Positions 10,419 to 12,016 of a stretch of 12,016 nt of DNA are shown one piece after another; positions within the stretch are counted from its first letter, which is position 1, and every line of letters starts with the position of its first letter. A program made the translations under genes and the position numbers. The stretch is from Octopus sinensis (Eukaryota): the NCBI RefSeq assembly GCF_006345805.1, contig NW_021826716.1, positions 1 to 12,016 of the forward strand. The letters run 5' to 3'. A model generated the notes under the pieces. It was not told the DNA's origin. It was given only the letters and a program-made list of their open reading frames with translations, and made no database searches.

Positions 10419-10509
10419 TTTTAGCTGATGAGTACGGGACACGTTTATATGCTGTAATTTTTGCAACATTTAATAAAGCCTGTCCTTGTATGAAACGATT
10501 GTACTAAAA
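10419..10509 (+). ncRNA. Type I hammerhead ribozyme (right copy)
   Basis: Stem I TTTTAG/CTAAAA, core CTGATGA (10425-10431), stem II GTACGGGACA/TGTCCTTGTAT with a long extension, GAAA (10492-10495), stem III AC(GATT)GT, and cleavage triplet GUA (after 10503). Confidence 0.85.
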
Positions 10510-10538
10510 CCTATCCATTCTTGTTGCTTCTTTCTCGC

Positions 10539-10539
<1 letters not shown>

Positions 10540-10585
<46 letters not shown>

Positions 10586-10603
10586 ATAATTATATATATA
10601 TAT

Positions 10604-10646
<43 letters not shown>

Positions 10647-10666
10647 CATGTATATATATATATATG

Positions 10667-10697
<31 letters not shown>

Positions 10698-10733
10698 GTA
10701 TATATATGTATATATATATATATATATGTATAT
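10540..10733. repeat. (TA)n/(TG)-interrupted array
   Basis: Direct reading. Confidence 0.95.
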
Positions 10734-10772
10734 AAAAAAAGGTTTGAAAATGCAATTTAAACGATGTTATTT

Positions 10773-10813
10773 ACTTAACCGGTTTCACTCTTTGGTAAAA
10801 GATTGTCAAAAGT
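10773..10813 (-). ncRNA. Hammerhead-like motif, U3:A8 variant (left arm)
   Basis: Minus strand ACTT-TTGACAA-TCTTTT(ACC)AAAGAGT-GAAA-C(CG)GT-T-AAGT. Stem I is ACTT/AAGT; the first stem II pair is U.U. Confidence 0.5.
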
Positions 10814-10825
10814 TACATTTAAAAA

Positions 10826-10965
10826 ACATTGAATAATATGGGTTCAAAAAAAGTTTTTTACATAATTGTCACATTGAATATTATGCATTCAAAAAATTTT
10901 TACATAATTGTCACATTGGATATTATGAATTCAAAATGTTTTTTTATACATAATTGTCACATTAA
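10826..10965 (+). repeat. About 3.5 tandem copies of a 42-46 bp unit inside the palindrome arm (mirrored at about 11665-11806)
   Basis: TACATAATTGTCACATT starts at 10859, 10901 and 10947. The second half of the unit, ACATTGAATA.TATG..TTCAAAAAA, also appears at 10826. Confidence 0.9.
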
Positions 10966-11818
10966 CATGTATAAATATAGTGTTGGTAACAGAGAAGTTC
11001 AATAGTGTGATGAGAATATTTGGGAAAATTTGGCAGAAAAGGATAAAACAATATATTATTGGGAATTGGTTGCGTTAATTATTGGTTGTCGCAAATTGTC
11101 ACATTACATGTATATATATACAATCTTCGGTATATATATACAGCCTTTTGACAGCAAAATTAAAATGGATTTTTTATACATCTCAGAATATTTTAAGTAC
11201 AAGGCGAGAATATGTTTTACTGACCTGTTGGTATTAGCAGAAAGGCTGAACTGAGAGAACAGAGGAAGTAGCCAATGTGTTATACTTCCCCTTTATGCAT
11301 GAATGATTTTGGACCCAAAATCATTCATGCATAAAGGGGAAGTATACACCACATTGGCTACTTCCTCTGTTCTCTCAGTTCAGCCTTTCTGCTAATACCA
11401 ACAGGTCAGTAAAAAATATTCTCGCCTTGTACTTAAAATATTCTGAGATGTATAAAAAATCCATTTTAATTTTTGCTGTCAAAAGGCTGTATATATATAT
11501 ACCGAAGATTGTATATATATAAATGTAATGTGACAATTTGCGACAACCAATAATTAACGCAACCAATTCCCATAATATATTTGTTTTATCCTTTTCTGCC
11601 AAATTTTCCCAAATATTCTCATCACACTATTGAACTTCTCTGTTACCAAACACTATATTTATACATGTAATGTGACAATTATGTATAAAAAAACATTTTG
11701 AATTCATAATATCCAATGTGACAATTATGTAAAAATTTTTTTGAATGCATAATATTCAATGTGACAATTATGTAAAAACTTTTTTTGAACCCATATTATT
11801 CAATGTTTCCTTAAATGT

Positions 11819-11860
11819 AACTTTTGACAATCTTTTACCAAAGAGTGAAACCGGTTAGTA
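11819..11860 (+). ncRNA. Hammerhead-like motif, U3:A8 variant (right arm)
   Basis: TTGACAA at 11824-11830, GAAAC at 11847-11851, CCGG, GTT triplet ending 11856. Stem I is one A shorter than in the left arm. Confidence 0.45.
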
Positions 11861-11939
11861 AATAAACATCGTTTAAATTGCATTTTCAAACCTTTTTTTT
11901 ATATAATCCCACTCGTGCGATACCCCCAACTCAACTTTT

Positions 11940-12016
11940 TATATATATATATGGTATATATATGTATTATATATGTATATATATATATATGTATATATAT
12001 ATATGTATATATATAT
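11940..12016. repeat. (TA)n microsatellite
   Basis: Direct reading. Confidence 0.95.

Larger units (their letters stand above)
10072..10539. mobile_element. 468-bp non-coding element with about 127-bp inverted repeats, each containing a hammerhead ribozyme
   Basis: Arms 10073-10199 and 10413-10538 differ by one substitution and one indel. Spacer of 213 bp; TA on both sides. Confidence 0.85.
10734..11900. mobile_element. 1.17-kb near-perfect palindrome (fold-back element)
   Basis: Arms 10734-11312 and 11315-11900 with a 2-nt spacer (AC). Roughly 15 differences counted by eye, mostly homopolymer indels. TATA at both ends. Confidence 0.9.

Noticed and set aside
10826-10965. CRISPR-like reading of the 42-bp repeats
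   Set aside because: Head-to-tail tandem units without unique spacers, in eukaryotic DNA.
11005-11045. GTGATGAG...GAAA and CTGAGAG (11251) as further hammerhead cores
   Set aside because: The 3-8 pair is broken or the consensus is not met, and no flanking stems form.
11030-11602. Paired 74/75-aa ORFs in the palindrome arms
   Set aside because: Mirror copies with non-ATG starts, frame-disrupting indels between the arms and no domain (no GIY-YIG or transposase motif seen).

Overview
AT-rich eukaryotic, repeat-saturated DNA with no host gene. The SINE families and dense (TA)n/(ACAT)n arrays look cephalopod (Octopus-like); this is recognition from memory, not a database result. From left to right the window holds tRNA-derived SINEs and remnants (1-2410), then two different, independently inserted CR1-type LINEs on the minus strand (3098-4930, 5'-truncated; 5702-9233, APE+RT plus an ORF1 remnant with two CCCH fingers), both decayed and both embedded in (TA)n. 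The unexplained non-coding islands between the TA arrays carry hammerhead-ribozyme (HHR) motifs. A 468-bp inverted-repeat element (10072-10539) has two identical canonical type I HHRs facing outward. A 1.17-kb near-perfect palindrome (10734-11900) has a U3:A8 core-variant HHR-like motif near each end, and a related single variant lies at 5505-5543. All have short self-complementary stem III helices typical of dimer-cleaving HHRs of Penelope-like elements. The best candidate for an undescribed system is a set of non-coding, HHR-bearing, often fold-back retroelements that end in (TA)n. All Y/I/C/V-rich ORFs in the track are microsatellite artefacts.
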